This document shows, piece after piece, positions 11,660-25,786 of a stretch of 64,000 nucleotides of DNA. The notes beneath the pieces are model-generated. The model saw only the letters and a list, made by a program, of their open reading frames with translations. It did no database searches and was not told where the DNA came from. Positions within the stretch are counted from its first letter, which is position 1; the number at the start of each line of letters is the position of its first letter. Position numbers and translations under genes: made by a program. Source of the DNA: Epiperipatus broadwayi (taxonomy: Eukaryota > Animalia > Onychophora); the NCBI GenBank assembly GCA_028023455.1, contig JAQFVV010000003.1:62001-126000 (forward strand). The letters are read 5' to 3'.

Positions 11660-14600
11660 TCACAATCAATTTATTCTACAAATATGTTTAATACATTTTT
11701 TCAGTATATATATATCAGTATGCTGTGCAGCCATTTTTATATGATTACAAAATAAAGTCTAAATTGTCTCTTATCTCATGTGGTAATTATTTAATTTCAC
11801 ATTAAATATCTTATGCATCATATATGTAGATATGCTATAAAATCTTTAAATTCACAAAACTTTTAAAAACTTAAGAATAAGATGTAGGTATAAAACAAAT
11901 GATTTTCAAGATATGGTTCCGGAAGAACTTGTCTTTATTAGCCAGACAAATTTTTGTTACACATGTTAGAATCATTATAGCTTGGTATTTATTAGCAAAC
12001 AATTATAATTTAATTTACAAATGTGACATTATTTGAATATACTCACTTTAATGTCATAATCTAAGATAGAAATTAAAGATTATTTATTAATCATTTCTTA
12101 TTAAGTTATAAATTATTATTTATTTTTCTGTCCAGATAAATATATATCGGTTTATATAAAATCGAAACTCAATTAAAGATTAATGTATTACTTGTTAAAT
12201 CCCTCCATTAAAATTATTCATTTAATATCTCCGACTTGTTTCTGATCAAGTATGGTATATTCAATAAGTAATAAAATTTCTATATTTTAACACATATGAT
12301 TTTTTTAAAAAGGAGGGCGGGAGAAAGAGTGTTTAATAAACATGCTGGAATTTAAATTATAAGTGATATAATCTTTAACAGAATTGAAAGTTTATATCTA
12401 AGCAAAAATTAAATAATTTATAAAACTATGTAAAAAGTGATTAGTAAATAATATTTTGATATTTAAATTAGACAAATCATTAATTCTAATATATATGTAT
12501 GCATACATCACTTATGTTATTAATTTGTATATACTATGCATATTAATGCTAAAATTTAATTAAAAAATTATACATATTCAGATCTTGACAAAAATGTTTA
12601 AAAATAAATAGAATAATATAATGAAATCACAAAACAGATAATAGGAGTACTACTAATAAGTTGAGATTGAGCCCATGTATTCAAATTTAGATGTATATGT
12701 AATCAAAAGTGTTCAGTAAGTCATGCTCTTAAAAAGAAATATATTGTTATCCTTCTTCATTTTTTTTTGTAATTAAAAATTGATTTTAATAGTAAAATAT
12801 ACTGCATGTTTTAGTGCAGTGATAGGATGCTGGACAAACCCTATTGTTTGAATCTATCAATCATAGCTCATCTTTATAGCTTTTAGTGTTTAAACTTCAA
12901 GGGAACTCTCAAGCAGCAAACTTATTTAACTTTTTATATACAATAGTATTTAAATACCTATGTTATATTCATAAATTTCCAAGCATTTTACCTGAATTAA
13001 TAGCCAGTTTGGTGGGTGTTTTTGCTAAGACAATGAAAGCATTTGCAATTAAAAAACTATTATTTAGAATGATCCGATGTGAAAATTAATGATAATAGCA
13101 ATTTTGTCTAGTCTAAAAAGAACTGATAAATGTTTCAATATAAATTTTATACTGATTTCAGAATCTTTATAACTATTATTAAAGTCTTCATGTAGGTCCC
13201 ATGCTTACTATGTAAAGTAACAAAATGATTTCTGCTAGACAATAAATAATGTACACATAAAAATTAAATATTTCTATTCATTTTAATTTTTTATTTAATA
13301 TTTTTGCAAGTCATTGTTTAATTTGATAAATATCATCATTGCCCATTTTTTCTGCACTGAAAAAAAAGATAAAAAAAGAAAGATTAAGGAGGCATGAACT
13401 ATAGGCAAAGACAAATACACTATAAATAAAAAAATAAGCCAGCATCCCTTTATCTAAAAGTGGCCTCTATAACAACATTTACATAAATCTGGATAAAAAT
13501 AAAAAAAATTAAATTTATGTAAATTATATAAACAACAAGCAAATACATATAAAAACAAAATTTGCAAGATTAATTTATAAAGCTATGATTATGATAACTG
13601 AAGTATCAAAACTGCTTACCTTGAATAAAGATATTTTAAACTAATGTATGCATTTTCTGGTTTAAATGTGTTAACATATATTAAAATATCATTGTTTAAC
13701 ATGCAGGCAAAATTTAAGGCAGCAATTCTCATAGTTAAACTATGTACTAATCATAAGCTCATTAAGATTAAAAAAAATAGTATATATTAAAGCACCATAA
13801 TGATTATATGCATATGGCAGAATTATATGGTGTTAATTGTTGCTTTAAAATATAAATAAAAGCTAACAAATTCTATTTTGAAACATGAGAAAACAGTCTT
13901 CTATGGACAATTTTCTGACTAAATAACTTTCTTAGAGATGGGAACAGATAAACCCACCATAAAAAGAATACTTAGTATAGGTTGATCATGGAAATTTTTT
14001 AATGTTTACAGTCAATACTTATGTAGTATATCTCCCTTACTTTATAATAATTCATACAAATTTTTTACTATAAAAAACTATTGTCATAACTTGTGGTAAG
14101 AATAATGTATTTTATTTTAATCAAGTAGACTGACTCAGTTCAATTGTCAAGTCATGAATTTGAATTTCTTTTACCACACTTCTAAGGCTCATGCAACAAC
14201 TGAATTCAGTTCATACAATTTTTGTTTCAATAACTAGAGCTTTGTTTCTTAATCTCATAGAAAACATACACTTTTATTTCTTTCATTGGTTTACATTTGT
14301 TTTTGAAAGATTATGTAGAAAATAAAGAAAAAATAGTATTGTCTTGTATTATATATATGACATTTTTTTATTTTTAGGTGAGATGTGGTAGCAACCAGGA
14401 CAACAATTATTGATAATATAAACCATCTAATTATCAAAATTTCACTGCTATTCTAGAGAGAAAGATTTTCAAGTTGTAAAAGTTGTCTAAATAAAATAAA
14501 AATTACTAAACAACCTTTCAAAATCTTTTGAAAATTCAGCCAGGTTTGAACTGATTTGCTTTGTTTAAATTATTAATTTCACTATGCAACCACTAGAAAA

Positions 14601-17516
14601 AATAAACAAATGGTTAATTACCAAAAAGTGACATAATATTTGAGGACCAGATGTAGTAATTTATGATTTGCTAAAAAAAATTAAACTTTTGAATTCTTTA
14701 TTCTACCACTTTATTAAACTATACAGAGCAATATAATTGAATTTGTTAATTGCATAGGTGTTATGTGCCATTTGAACAACAAAAATGGTAAAATAATTTT
14801 TGATCTAAGAAGTTTTAGATGTCAAGTTTATTATTTTAACACTGTATTAAAACATATAAGACAATATAATTGAATGATTAATTTCTCAGAGATAATTCAG
14901 CATTCAAACATTGCAAATGGCAGTTTATGTTTTGAACTAGGAATCTTCAGCTCAAGGTTTCACTTGATTCAATGCATTAAATGTTTTAGATCAATAATTA
15001 TTTAAATGAATCTTAGCACTTTAAGGTTTTGTAACATATTTTATAAGAAGATTTGACATTTTTTATAATTTTGACAGCATTGTAGTTTCATTTTTCAGTT
15101 TTTATAAAAACTACATTATAATCATGACAAACAGTTCTGCTTTTCAAGTAAAAACTTCAAAAATTCCTTTAAATTTTATTTTTCCCAAATCTTAAAGATT
15201 TTACTTCTTAACAAAGTAAACATATTATGTTTAATAAAATCATGTGAATCAATTATAGATTAAGATTGCTATAATGCTACATAATAGATTCTTCATTTTC
15301 TGAAGTACAGGTCTGGTTTGATATGACCAGAGATGAAATCCATATTGGACTTGAAATTTTGTTAGATATTGTTTAATGATATCAATTCAGATAGCCATTC
15401 AATTATTGGTCAGTTTGGAGCTACATAATAATCTGGTTTGGTCATATTTGTGTTGATGTAATCACCATAAAAATGTCACTATAAATAAAAATACAATTGT
15501 AATAAAATGCAATCTTTATTGATGGAGTTGCAATTGTGTTAAACTTTTATGAATATGAGATAAAGTTTAATTTTTGACATTAAAGTACAAAGTCATCAAA
15601 GAGTTCACTAATGTTTATAATGGAACTGAAAGTAGTATTGAAAATGTGGAAAATAATATAAAACTACCACCAACAATGGTCAAAGGTCATTGTTTGATAT
15701 AGTGCATATTGCCTAGTAACTTTAATGTGTCATTGGGTAGCCAACTTAATTATTGTACTCATACAATTTTGATCAAATAAAATTTTATTTTACCAGAATA
15801 AAATTAACTATTTGGTAATAATTTTTGTCAATGAGATTATGATATAATGGTTAGTATGAGAGCCTGTGGTGCTTATGAGTTGTGCATATCTAAAATAAAG
15901 TTGACAGATATTTTCAAGTAGCTAAAGATTACTCATAAACCTATGATTATTTCAGGTATTCAACTTAACAATTAAGTATTAGTTTAAAAATTAATATCTC
16001 ACTATTTATATATGCAAGAGTATTGATTTACTGACTGTACAAAAAAAAATTCTAATATAAGAAAGCCTTTATTATTTATAAAGAAAGATTTCAGATTTCC
16101 TTAGCACTTGTAAGAGGAGTGCCAAAGTTTATCTTTAAATCACCCTAGTTTTCAAAATATTTATGTTGAATGTATTATTAAATATGTATTATTTTGTTAA
16201 GTAAAGACATTGTAGTATAGTATAGTAGTTTGCAAATACAATTGCCATGCCGACTTGAAGTTTGAGATGTAGATCAGACAAAATTTCCTTTTTCAGATTC
16301 CAAACAAGCTTAGATTTTTATTTCAGGTAACCATTCAATATTGACCAATTGGCATCAAGTTATTCTAAACTAAAGGGTAAAATGAATGGAAAATTGTTCA
16401 AACTATTACCATTAGCAATTTCACAAATTTAGTATAAAATGCTTCTGATTTGCTATTATTCATTGAAGGAAGAGTTGTTGGAAAAGTATTCACTTAGTAA
16501 CAATTTATTTAAGTCTTGGTTTTATTACAGTTTACTATCACTTTATTATGTCATCCTTTTTCAAAGTCAGAGATACTTTTGATTAACTGATGAAAGTGTA
16601 AGATAATAATATGGCATTACATTATATATTATAAAAAAGCAAGAGTGTTGGATATAAATCCTTAGGATACAGTACTTGAAAAATTTAAGTTATTAATAGT
16701 TTCTGCAATGAAAGTAAAAAAAAAATGTAGTTATTGTGTGAAAAAATGCTTCTCATTAGTGAAGGTTACAGGTTAGAAAATATATTCTACAGATATTTGT
16801 TACTGTCAACTGATGTCTATGGATTTCCAATATTTACAATAGATTGGTTCTGAGATAGACAGAATGTAGTCACATGCATTACTTTTCTGATATATTGCTA
16901 TAATATACTACAAATAAAGTAAATATGTAAAATATTTAATTTTATTATTTCTATAACAATATTTAAGTTTGTGCAAATGCAAATAATAAATATTCTTAAA
17001 AATTTATTGAGTTAACTCTATTCTAAATCAAAATGTGTTAATATTTGTACAATGATTATCAGAAAAGATAATGTAGACTCAAATTTCCGACATTTATTTT
17101 GATCAAAAAAAAGAAAAAAAGAAATGTAGAAAAGAAATCTCTATCGTTATAAAAATAAATTTGTTGATTAACTAAGTTTTTCTTGAATATATTTTTTGAA
17201 CTCTTTTTAATTCAGTCAAATAATTCTCCTGAGGCAAGATTCTACAATTACTTTTATTTAGTTATTAAAAACTCTTCCAAGTAATAAGTTTGAAAAAGAT
17301 TTTTAATTATGTTTTTTAAAATATAAATAATGGACATTAAAAAAATAATTATAACAGATGTTATGGATTATTAATTCAGCTGTCTCTTTGTATATATATA
17401 TATACACAAATTGGCCATAAATCACTCCCATAATTACTTATTTTGTTATGAAAGAAGTTTCCTAGCACAAAATTGCTGTGAGATATTTGATAAATTTTAC
17501 TTATAATAAAGAGTAC

Positions 17517-17610
17517 TTTTTTTTTCATGTGTCAAAGCATCGGCCGGGAAGCGAACCCGCGAACTCGGGACAACTACTTGTAAGGCAGCTGTGCTGATCA
17601 CTCGGCCACC
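17517..17610 (-). mobile_element. tRNA(Val)-derived short SINE, copy 2 (best preserved)
   Basis: Minus strand: ggTGGCCGAGTGAtcagcaca GCTGC CTTACAA GTAGT tgtcccGAGTTCGcgGGTTCGCTTCCcggccgatgctttgacacatg(A)n. It has an A-box, an anticodon-like arm with TAC, a B-box and poly(A). Confidence 0.8.
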
Positions 17611-18322
17611 AAATCTAGATTCGTAACAAAAGCTTATTTTTAATGATAATAAAAAAGCTCGTTACGATATTTGTGGTTTGTGTCACAAAATAATTAAATT
17701 GGTAGAAAACGAAATTTAAGACAATTCACAACCTTTGAAAACTTGTCCTGTTTGTAAACTAATCTTATCTTAAATATTTTTGGATTCAACGAACATGGAT
17801 GTAAATAGCTATTATTATAAAACCAATAGTAATAGACTGATAATTTGCATAAAATTAACATTTGGTTCATGACTACAAGATATAAAGCTTGATTTTCCAG
17901 AGAAATTTACTGTCTCTGTTCTGTTTTCAACCCCTATTGACAATCATATATAACAGTAGAGATAATGTTTAAAGACAATTAGCCAGTATGCAACATTACT
18001 TAGTCAGTGACTATTATATATGATTATAATTTGAATAAAAATGTACAAATGATTAAAATATTTTCAAGCAAAGAACTTAATATTTTAGAGAAGAGTTTGC
18101 TACCATTTTCTTTGTGACTTAATTAATACAAATATTGTGGAAAATTTACTATATTTATAAGTTAAATAAAAACTTAAACTTTTTCTTACAATTGCTACAC
18201 AGTGATAATGAATAATACACAAATACTCCTGACATTCCAAATATTTCTTTATTTTATAAACTATTTATAATATTTTTTGTACATTTCAATAATCTTCTAT
18301 GGCCACATACATATCAAGCGTT

Positions 18323-18426
18323 GTTAGCCGAGAGGTCAGCGCAGCCATCTAGCAAGCAAGTAGTTGGTAGCAGATGATTGTTGTGGGTTTGCCTCCCAGC
18401 CGATGCTATGACATATTGAAAAAAAA
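18323..18426 (+). mobile_element. tRNA-derived SINE, related subfamily with internal insertions
   Basis: TAGCCGAGAGGtcagcgcagc...caagtagttg...gggtttgcctcccagccgatgctatgacatattg(A)8 aligns by eye to the other two copies. Confidence 0.65.
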
Positions 18427-20369
18427 TGCACACATACATATTATAATATACAATATGTAACATATGTTCACAGCAATGTAAAATAACATTAATATAATTT
18501 TTTTTCATATAGGTCATATCATTACCATTTTCTTTTATATGTTTTTATTTAACTTACTGTGTTTTTTTGTCTATATGTCTGAATAAAATCTTGTATTTCA
18601 ATTTCCACCCCATTTCCCAATTTGACAGTACATGTTTTAGAGTTTGAAAATATTTTTCTTTACACTTTTTACAGTAACAATCCTTGAAAGAAAAACTACT
18701 TTAAAAAAGCTAAATGGAGTAAATAGTTGATAAGAAAAAGCAGTTGAATATAAAGGTGTAGAGCAGGCTAGAGTTTGAAGTACTTAGAAAGGTGTTTAAC
18801 TTATAATAAATATAACATAAATATTTTGAAGAAAAAGATTAACTTCCAGCAGTTTTTTAAAATTATACAATTATTTTTATTTAAAAACTATTCTATGTTT
18901 TGAATTGTAATTAGTATCAGCAGAAGAAATAAAACAGATTACATCAAACAAAAATTATTACTGTAAGTTTGACAGTTAGTAAATTATCATTGTTTCTGTT
19001 TCTTGTTGAATTTATTTGATGATAACAAATTAACAAATAAAATGTAAATATTAGAACAGTATTATAAAGTTACATATGTTGAAATCATAAGGATTTTTTT
19101 CAATAGAAATAATGTTATAGATTCAGTAGATAGAAAAAAATTAAACAGAACTATGGCTACCATGTTTTATCAAAACCTATAATTGCTTTTACACATAGAT
19201 TAATGCAATGGTGGTAAAATGACAAATTTGAGAGCTAATAATTCTAAGATCAAAATTCAATATCATCACATAATCTCCTCAGCAAATAACCAGACAATTA
19301 TTTTCATTTATTAAGCAGTTTTAGTTAAAGTATTTTATTTGGATATTGAAGGCTAATGAGATACAAAATTGAATATGGTTCAACATATTCACCTCTGATT
19401 AAAAGTATAAAATCATTCTAGTTTCCAAGTTTGAAGTAACTAGTTGCAATCTAATTATTGATTAGCTGATATTTATGTAGGCCTTATTAGTGAATAAATG
19501 ATAAATTATTACTATCTGACATTAAACTAAGAGATAAGAATTATGTGAAGCAATGCTGATAATATTATTTTGAATAATGAACTATATGAATTTTCATTTT
19601 CTATTGATTATGGCTTAATACAAGATGATATTAAAATATACATTAAAAAATAACTGCAATGAATAAAAATAAAATAGTCAAGAAGAATACACTTAATAAA
19701 AGAGATTATTTTGGGATTTGAAGAAGTCAGATATTAAAGATTGTTGAATACTTTTGTGTAATAGTTTTACACTGAACAGAAATAATTAGGTAATTAGGGG
19801 AGAAGCAATAGAAAATAATGGTAGCTTTAGAGATATGTATTTGGGAAAAAAGAAAATGAATTTTTTAAAAAAGGTTATATTAAGAATTATGAATTGGAAA
19901 AGTTAAAAAATATATTTTAGGCTAAAAATTTAAAAAGTCTAACAAAATGTTTCAATAATTTCAAATGTTTCACAACTATATTAATTTAAAAAAAAAAACA
20001 ATATAAAATTAAAGTTTTGGTTTTACTTCTATTTTAAAATATAATAAAATCATAATTTTTGAAAATACCTTAATAAAATAGTTCAAAGTAAGATCAAAAA
20101 AAAAAAAGATTTAGTATACATTTAGAAATATGAAAAAAATGTTAAAAAATGTTGAAAAAGATTGTAAAATACAAAACAATTTAAAAAAAGTCTATGAATA
20201 AGCTAAAACAAGAAATTGAAAGAGCTAAGAGAATTTACAAAATAATGTATAAGAGAGAGACCAAAAAAGATTATTTAAACATTATTTGATGTTTATTTAT
20301 TTAGCATATGGATTTCTTTAGACAGTTTAACTAGCAAACAAAATGTTATAAAGGAAGCTGTAGAAATTT

Positions 20370-21790
20370 CAACTAGATGAAAGATTCACCAGTAGCTTTA
20401 TTAAATTTTCCATTTCTGCCACTCTATTCATAGTTTGGAAGTTATTAACTAGGTGGTTCATGGTTTGAATTTGAATCACATTTACATACATCAGTGGCTG
20501 ACAAATTCCACTTATGAAGCAGATATTCACAATGACTGTGGGTTGTCCTGAATAAGTTGATGAAACTCCAGTTGCACATAATAAGATCATACCAACTTGC
20601 TTTATTATCAGATCTAGAAAAATCAAATTTGTTTTGAAAATCATAATAATTTCATTTTTTATACTATAACACTTTATTTGTAGAACATTAGATGGCCATC
20701 TAAAAAGAGACTCCTAATATGAGTCTTATTTAGATGATACAATGCCAATCTGCTTAAGAGCTTTATATACATCTTCCATGAGGCAGCTTCTCTTCTAATA
20801 TATAACAGAGGACAACAGGGAAACACTGCAAAAGGAGTAAATATATGCACCAGTAATATTTCTCATAAGTATTATTTGAGTGTCCAGAACTTTTGTATGA
20901 GAACTTTTTCTCCAAATGGGAGTGTGATATTCCCCAACAGAATATGCTAGTGCTAAGGAAGCTGCTCATAACGTATTTACATCACAACCCCAAGTAATGC
21001 CAACTAGTTTTTAAGAAGCTATTTTTAAAAATTAATTTCGAATCTTAACTAAATGAATAAAATAAATTAAGTTGTAATCCAAGTTTATTTCTAAATAGTA
21101 TGGAATAGGATTGAATTTTGGTATATTATTATATAAGATTATGAAATGATTTCTTGTTGTTTAGATAAAACATTAAACAAATATATTTAATTCAATTTAA
21201 TAAAAACAATAGTTTTCATTGAATTAAGAATCAGATCCCAGATTTTAAAAAATATTTCCATCTTTTAACATCTTTACTTAGAAGTTTTTATATTTCAGGA
21301 AATAACCTCTTTTGGAAAATCAAAGCAACATCATCAGCATAATAAAATTTTTCACATTTTTTTTCCATGAAGATCACTGATGAATATAATAAAGTACATG
21401 AGAAACCTAAATCCTTTGAAAAACCATCCTATAAAATTTTGTGTTTACTATGATTATCATTTATTATCACTTAAATTTTCTATTTTTGTCAATTAAACTA
21501 ATGATTTTACAAAATTTAAAATTTTTAAAAACATTAAGATAATATTTCCAAACAAAATCATAAACCAATGTTAAATCAATAAAGTTGTACTGGTTTTTAA
21601 TTTATTTTGAAATACTTTTTGAATATGAGTTGTTAAAGATAAAGTTTTCTCTCAACAGCTTCTTCTTATCCTAAAGCAAATATGTTCCATAAGTGTATTG
21701 GCTTCCAATTATTTGGAAAATTCTAGTTAATATTATTTTTTTTACAAAGTTTGTAAGGAGCACATAGAAATGATATTAACCAATAATTTT
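20370..21790 (-). mobile_element. Degenerate Ingi/Vingi-like (I-group) LINE ORF2 remnant
   Basis: Minus-strand translation across stops and frameshifts gives FIDLT..YDFVW (~21560), YYADDVALIF (~21335), KLVGITWGCDVNTL*AASLALAYSVGEYHTPIWRKSSHTKVLDTQ (~21010-20875), and FINLFRTTHSHCEYLLHKWNLSATDVCKC...QTMNHLV (C-terminal zinc knuckle, ~20560-20440). Confidence 0.7.
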
Positions 21791-24040
21791 TTTAATCATT
21801 GCTAGGTTTATTCAGTTTTAAAACTGTTCAACTTTTACTTTTATGTGCATGTTTAAGTCCACCTTAATTCTTTTCGTAAGAATTTCATTTCCTTACCTGT
21901 TTTTTTTTTTACTAATTCTTTTAAAACTGTTTACAAAGTTTATATAACATTTTTCATTCTCACTTTAGTACACAATAGCAATGTTTCATAACTGAATGAA
22001 CAGAATATCATATAAAAAAAGGAAAATATAAATAAAAAGTAAAATTATATTTGTGTACCATTTATATAATTCCTTTACATATTTCACTTCTTATATGATT
22101 AAAGTACACATTTCTCTGAAATAATGATATTGTATATAGATACTCAATCACCATCTTTAATTACAGTGAAAACATTCACATTCTTTCTATGATGAAAGGC
22201 TATTAGATCGAATGTTTATTTTAACTTAGATGAATATATTTTCTAAATATAATTTCAGGTAGTCTCATACATATAGATATATTTTATGATTAATCACTAC
22301 AAAATAATGTTATATAATTACTCTTTTATTTAAGCAATCTCCCTTTTCCCTTTGAACACCAATATGCATTGTACCTTAAAATGGTACAATATATATATAA
22401 TAAATTGTACGTATTAATAGTAGAATATACAAAAAAATAAATGATAGTGTAAACATTTTTCTATTGAATGAAAACAAGTAAAACTATTTTTGTTAATAAA
22501 AATGTAAATAAGTGTGTGAATTAAAAATAATGAATGGATTTTAAAAGCAAACAATGTTTTAACAAGAAGGTGCTAATGGTATGTAAATGTTTTATCAGCT
22601 GTGTTATTTAAAATTGAACTAGTTTGGTAATCCTAATAAAATATAAATGTTGTATGATCAATAAACAATGTAAGTATAAAAATTTAAAATATCAGACTAT
22701 ATGTGTAATAAATTATAGTTTTTAATAGTGAAGTAACCCCACATAAAAAATTAAATAATAGTGTAAATATTTTATTATTGATAAAAATATAATTTTGATA
22801 ATAAAAAAATGTGAATAAGTTTATTCATGAGAGATCTTCAATGGATTTTCAAACAAACAAGAACTACTTTTAAAGAATTCCTGACATTCTAGTTAAATTT
22901 GGGCAAAAGCAAGGTTTTCTTTGCTTCTTGCTATGCAGGATAGAGTTCAAAAGTGAAGCATTCCAAAGAATTGTATTCTGTATGTACATACAATTTTTAA
23001 TAACTAAAAAAGTAACATATATGTAATTACTTATATAATATCAGAGCCAGTCAGTGAATGGGAGGGGTCAGTGCAATGTTTTTTATAGATATGTGTGATG
23101 GTGTTGATTCTTTTAAATATGATAAAACACATATTTAAAAATTGTCTTATTTGCAGATATTTCCTATATGTACTAGAATTTTTGAAGGAATGTTCAAAAA
23201 AATAATATGAAAACTTTTGAAAGAAACAATTAAAAATTTCACATTTATTAAATAAATATTTTTGTTTTAAGGTATTTATTTAATTATTGTTTCAAAAATT
23301 ATTTTTTAAACATTAATTTTTTATTTTAGCATATATGGGATTATTTTATAGAAGTAAATGAATAAAACATGTACAGTATTTACCAAACATGTTAAATGAC
23401 TAAAGCTATATTTTCAAGTTTTTTTTGCAAAAGCGCTGGAAAAAAAATGACTTTCAATTTACAAATTTTATTTCATAGAATGGGAGGGTGCTAAAATTTG
23501 CATTGCACAAATGTGCTTCTTGCCTGTGTGGCAGGGTTGTTGGTGTGTGTTTCACTTATAAATATTAAAATATAATTTCATTTGCACTACTATATGTGTA
23601 AATATTACAGAAGTATTCTTAATTTCCAGTATTTATCAAGCTAATACCACAATGGATGGCAATATTCATATGATACTAACTGGAAAAAGCACTGATAGTT
23701 TTATGAATGTCTTTTGATGAAACTGAAATATTTCATTTGATAACATATAGTTTGAAAAGTAACTACTGGTAAATAAAGACTATTTTTCTTATTGTTACAA
23801 TAGAAAGAAAACCTCAATCGATCTTAGAATACAATGGAATAATATTTTTATTATTTGTATTTGAATGTTTTAAATGCAAAAATGAAACAATAGTCAATCT
23901 ACTTGTATATATGTAAGATGCAGAGATAATAACATCCTTAACTTTTATATAAATAATTTTATTAGTAACAATAAAAATCTAAAATAATGTATATATATTA
24001 AAGGTAGGTTTAAAAGAGAATTAGTGAAACATTTACTTAC

Positions 24041-24090
24041 TCTTTCGCTATCATCTTCATCGGATTCTGGATCATACCGTTCAGCAGAAA
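24041..24090 (-). CDS. PRKAR2: Internal coding exon of cAMP-dependent protein kinase type II regulatory subunit (linker after the RRxS inhibitor site)
   Basis: Minus strand ctctttacag|TTTCTGCTGAACGGTATGATCCAGAATCCGATGAAGATGATAGCGAAAGA|gtaagt. The 50-bp exon (phase 1 start, phase 0 end) encodes (V)SAERYDPESDEDDSER, resembling RII linkers (RRxSVxAExYDPExDxDD). As I recall it, the equivalent short vertebrate PRKAR2 exon has the same phases. No other exon was found in the window. Confidence 0.75.
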
Positions 24091-25786
24091 CTGTAAAGAG
24101 TAAATAACATTATTCTTAAATAAAGAATCTTATTTAGAGTTTTTTAAAATATATTATAAATTAATTGGCTAATAAATTGCAATTAAAGTCTGTTACATAA
24201 AATATTTATGTATAATAAGGATTCAGTGACTTGCTCTCCAATCAACACTAATTGTGATTAATAATGTTTCCCAACTCCAGTCATAATCAAAGCACTAAAT
24301 AAACCAATGCATAAAGTGGCCATATATTCAAAATTCTACAATAAGATTCTAAATAACTGATTTTATGTTTATTACAAAGAAACTGATCATACAAATCTAT
24401 CAGTGTAAAGCCTAATATCTATTGATTTTACTTACTTCTGCTTTCATTGAGGCTTCTGAATATGGGAGAAGACTGTTATTAATTTAGTTGTGGAAAATAT
24501 AACATTTTCAGGAATTGTTTAGTTATTTGTGAAAATTTAAAAAAAGTGTTATACTTAAAAAATTTTTGCATATAAAATATCTATTTTGGTTTATTATTCT
24601 TAAAGCAGCTAAATCATATCATTTTTCACTTATTTTATATATAGAGCTTGCAAATACAAGCTCCAATGCCAACAAACAAAGGGGCAGATTGTAAAGACAA
24701 TAAAACCACCACAGTTATTGTCTATAAGTATGATTGAAATCTGGAAGCAGAGGGCTAATGTGAAAACATGGTAATACGAATTTTAGAACTGTTATCCACC
24801 AAAGTGAATGCAAATGACATCTTTTAAACATTGTAAATAACTATTCATTGTAAATAATTAATTGTGAATAAAGTTTGTTTGAAATGAAATACAAACTTTA
24901 TTAAAATTAGGTCATGTGACATCTGACTTGACTTTTTTTATAATTTTCCACTTACATTTTCAGTTTGAATAGACAAGGCAGAGCTTTCATCCCAACTCTT
25001 TATATTTAAACTTTAATATCAAATAATATATTGGGATTAAAGTTAAACAGAGATTGTGTTACTATGATTTTTGGTATCAAATAACTTCCAGGCTGTTAAT
25101 AATGTCAGTTATCCAGAAAATAGAAGAAATTGTTTTTTCATTAATCAGTGCTGTTTGAAAGATTATAAATATTTCTATGGAGAACTTAAATTAAAATTAA
25201 CATTAGTAGTAATATTATATAATTATGCAATGTTTAAGTATGGGTATATATCTATCAAAATGTTTATCAAGTTTTTGTTTGGATTGTTATAAACAGTGAA
25301 ATATATGTTTATATGACTTTTGCACTTTGATTTACTGATAAGTTACCAGAAGATTTTCCAGAAAGCTTATGATTTTTCAGCTAGCCATCTAATTATTATT
25401 TGGTAAATGTGTAACTAAATTTTTTACAAATAGAACATGTATTGAGAAGATTTTGTTGCTCTTTGCAATATGCCATGTGTGGCAGCATTTATATAGAAAG
25501 CTAATATATATGATTAGAGTTTACAAATGAAGTAATTTTTTTTCTAAAAATAATGCTTCAGAGTGTAAGAAAATACTACAAAGTTATCAGTGAAGTAATA
25601 AAAAAAGAATGAAAGATAAATGATATAAAATAATATTCAAGGCTTTTCAAAAATTATTAAAATAAAGATTGATAGATATAAATTTAAAAATGTTAACAAT
25701 TTAAATATTTTGTTTTTATATTATTAATATGGATTTAAAATATCATCTACATAGTTTTTCTTTTCAAAAATAGTTCACAATTCCCC

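Noticed and set aside
15300-15480. RT remnant (minus-strand QYGF)
   Set aside because: A single short motif without supporting neighbours.
17517-17610. Functional tRNA-Val gene
   Set aside because: There is no pairable acceptor stem, the T-arm region is duplicated, it has a poly(A) tail, and diverged dispersed copies exist. A SINE fits better.
19440-20300. A-rich plus-strand LINE endonuclease/linker remnant
   Set aside because: The composition resembles decayed ORF2, but I could not recover a diagnostic motif with confidence.
21376-21410. CTGATGA...GAAAC hammerhead-like string
   Set aside because: It lies antisense within the Ingi-like RT remnant and has no convincing stems. Other isolated CTGANGA hits (14940, 16587, 45755, 51305) were rejected for the same lack of stems.
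24436-24473. Minus-strand cag|...|gtaag segment as the upstream RII exon
   Set aside because: Splicing to the 24090 acceptor gives ...LNESR-ISAE and lacks the RRxS site expected there. No support beyond splice dinucleotides.
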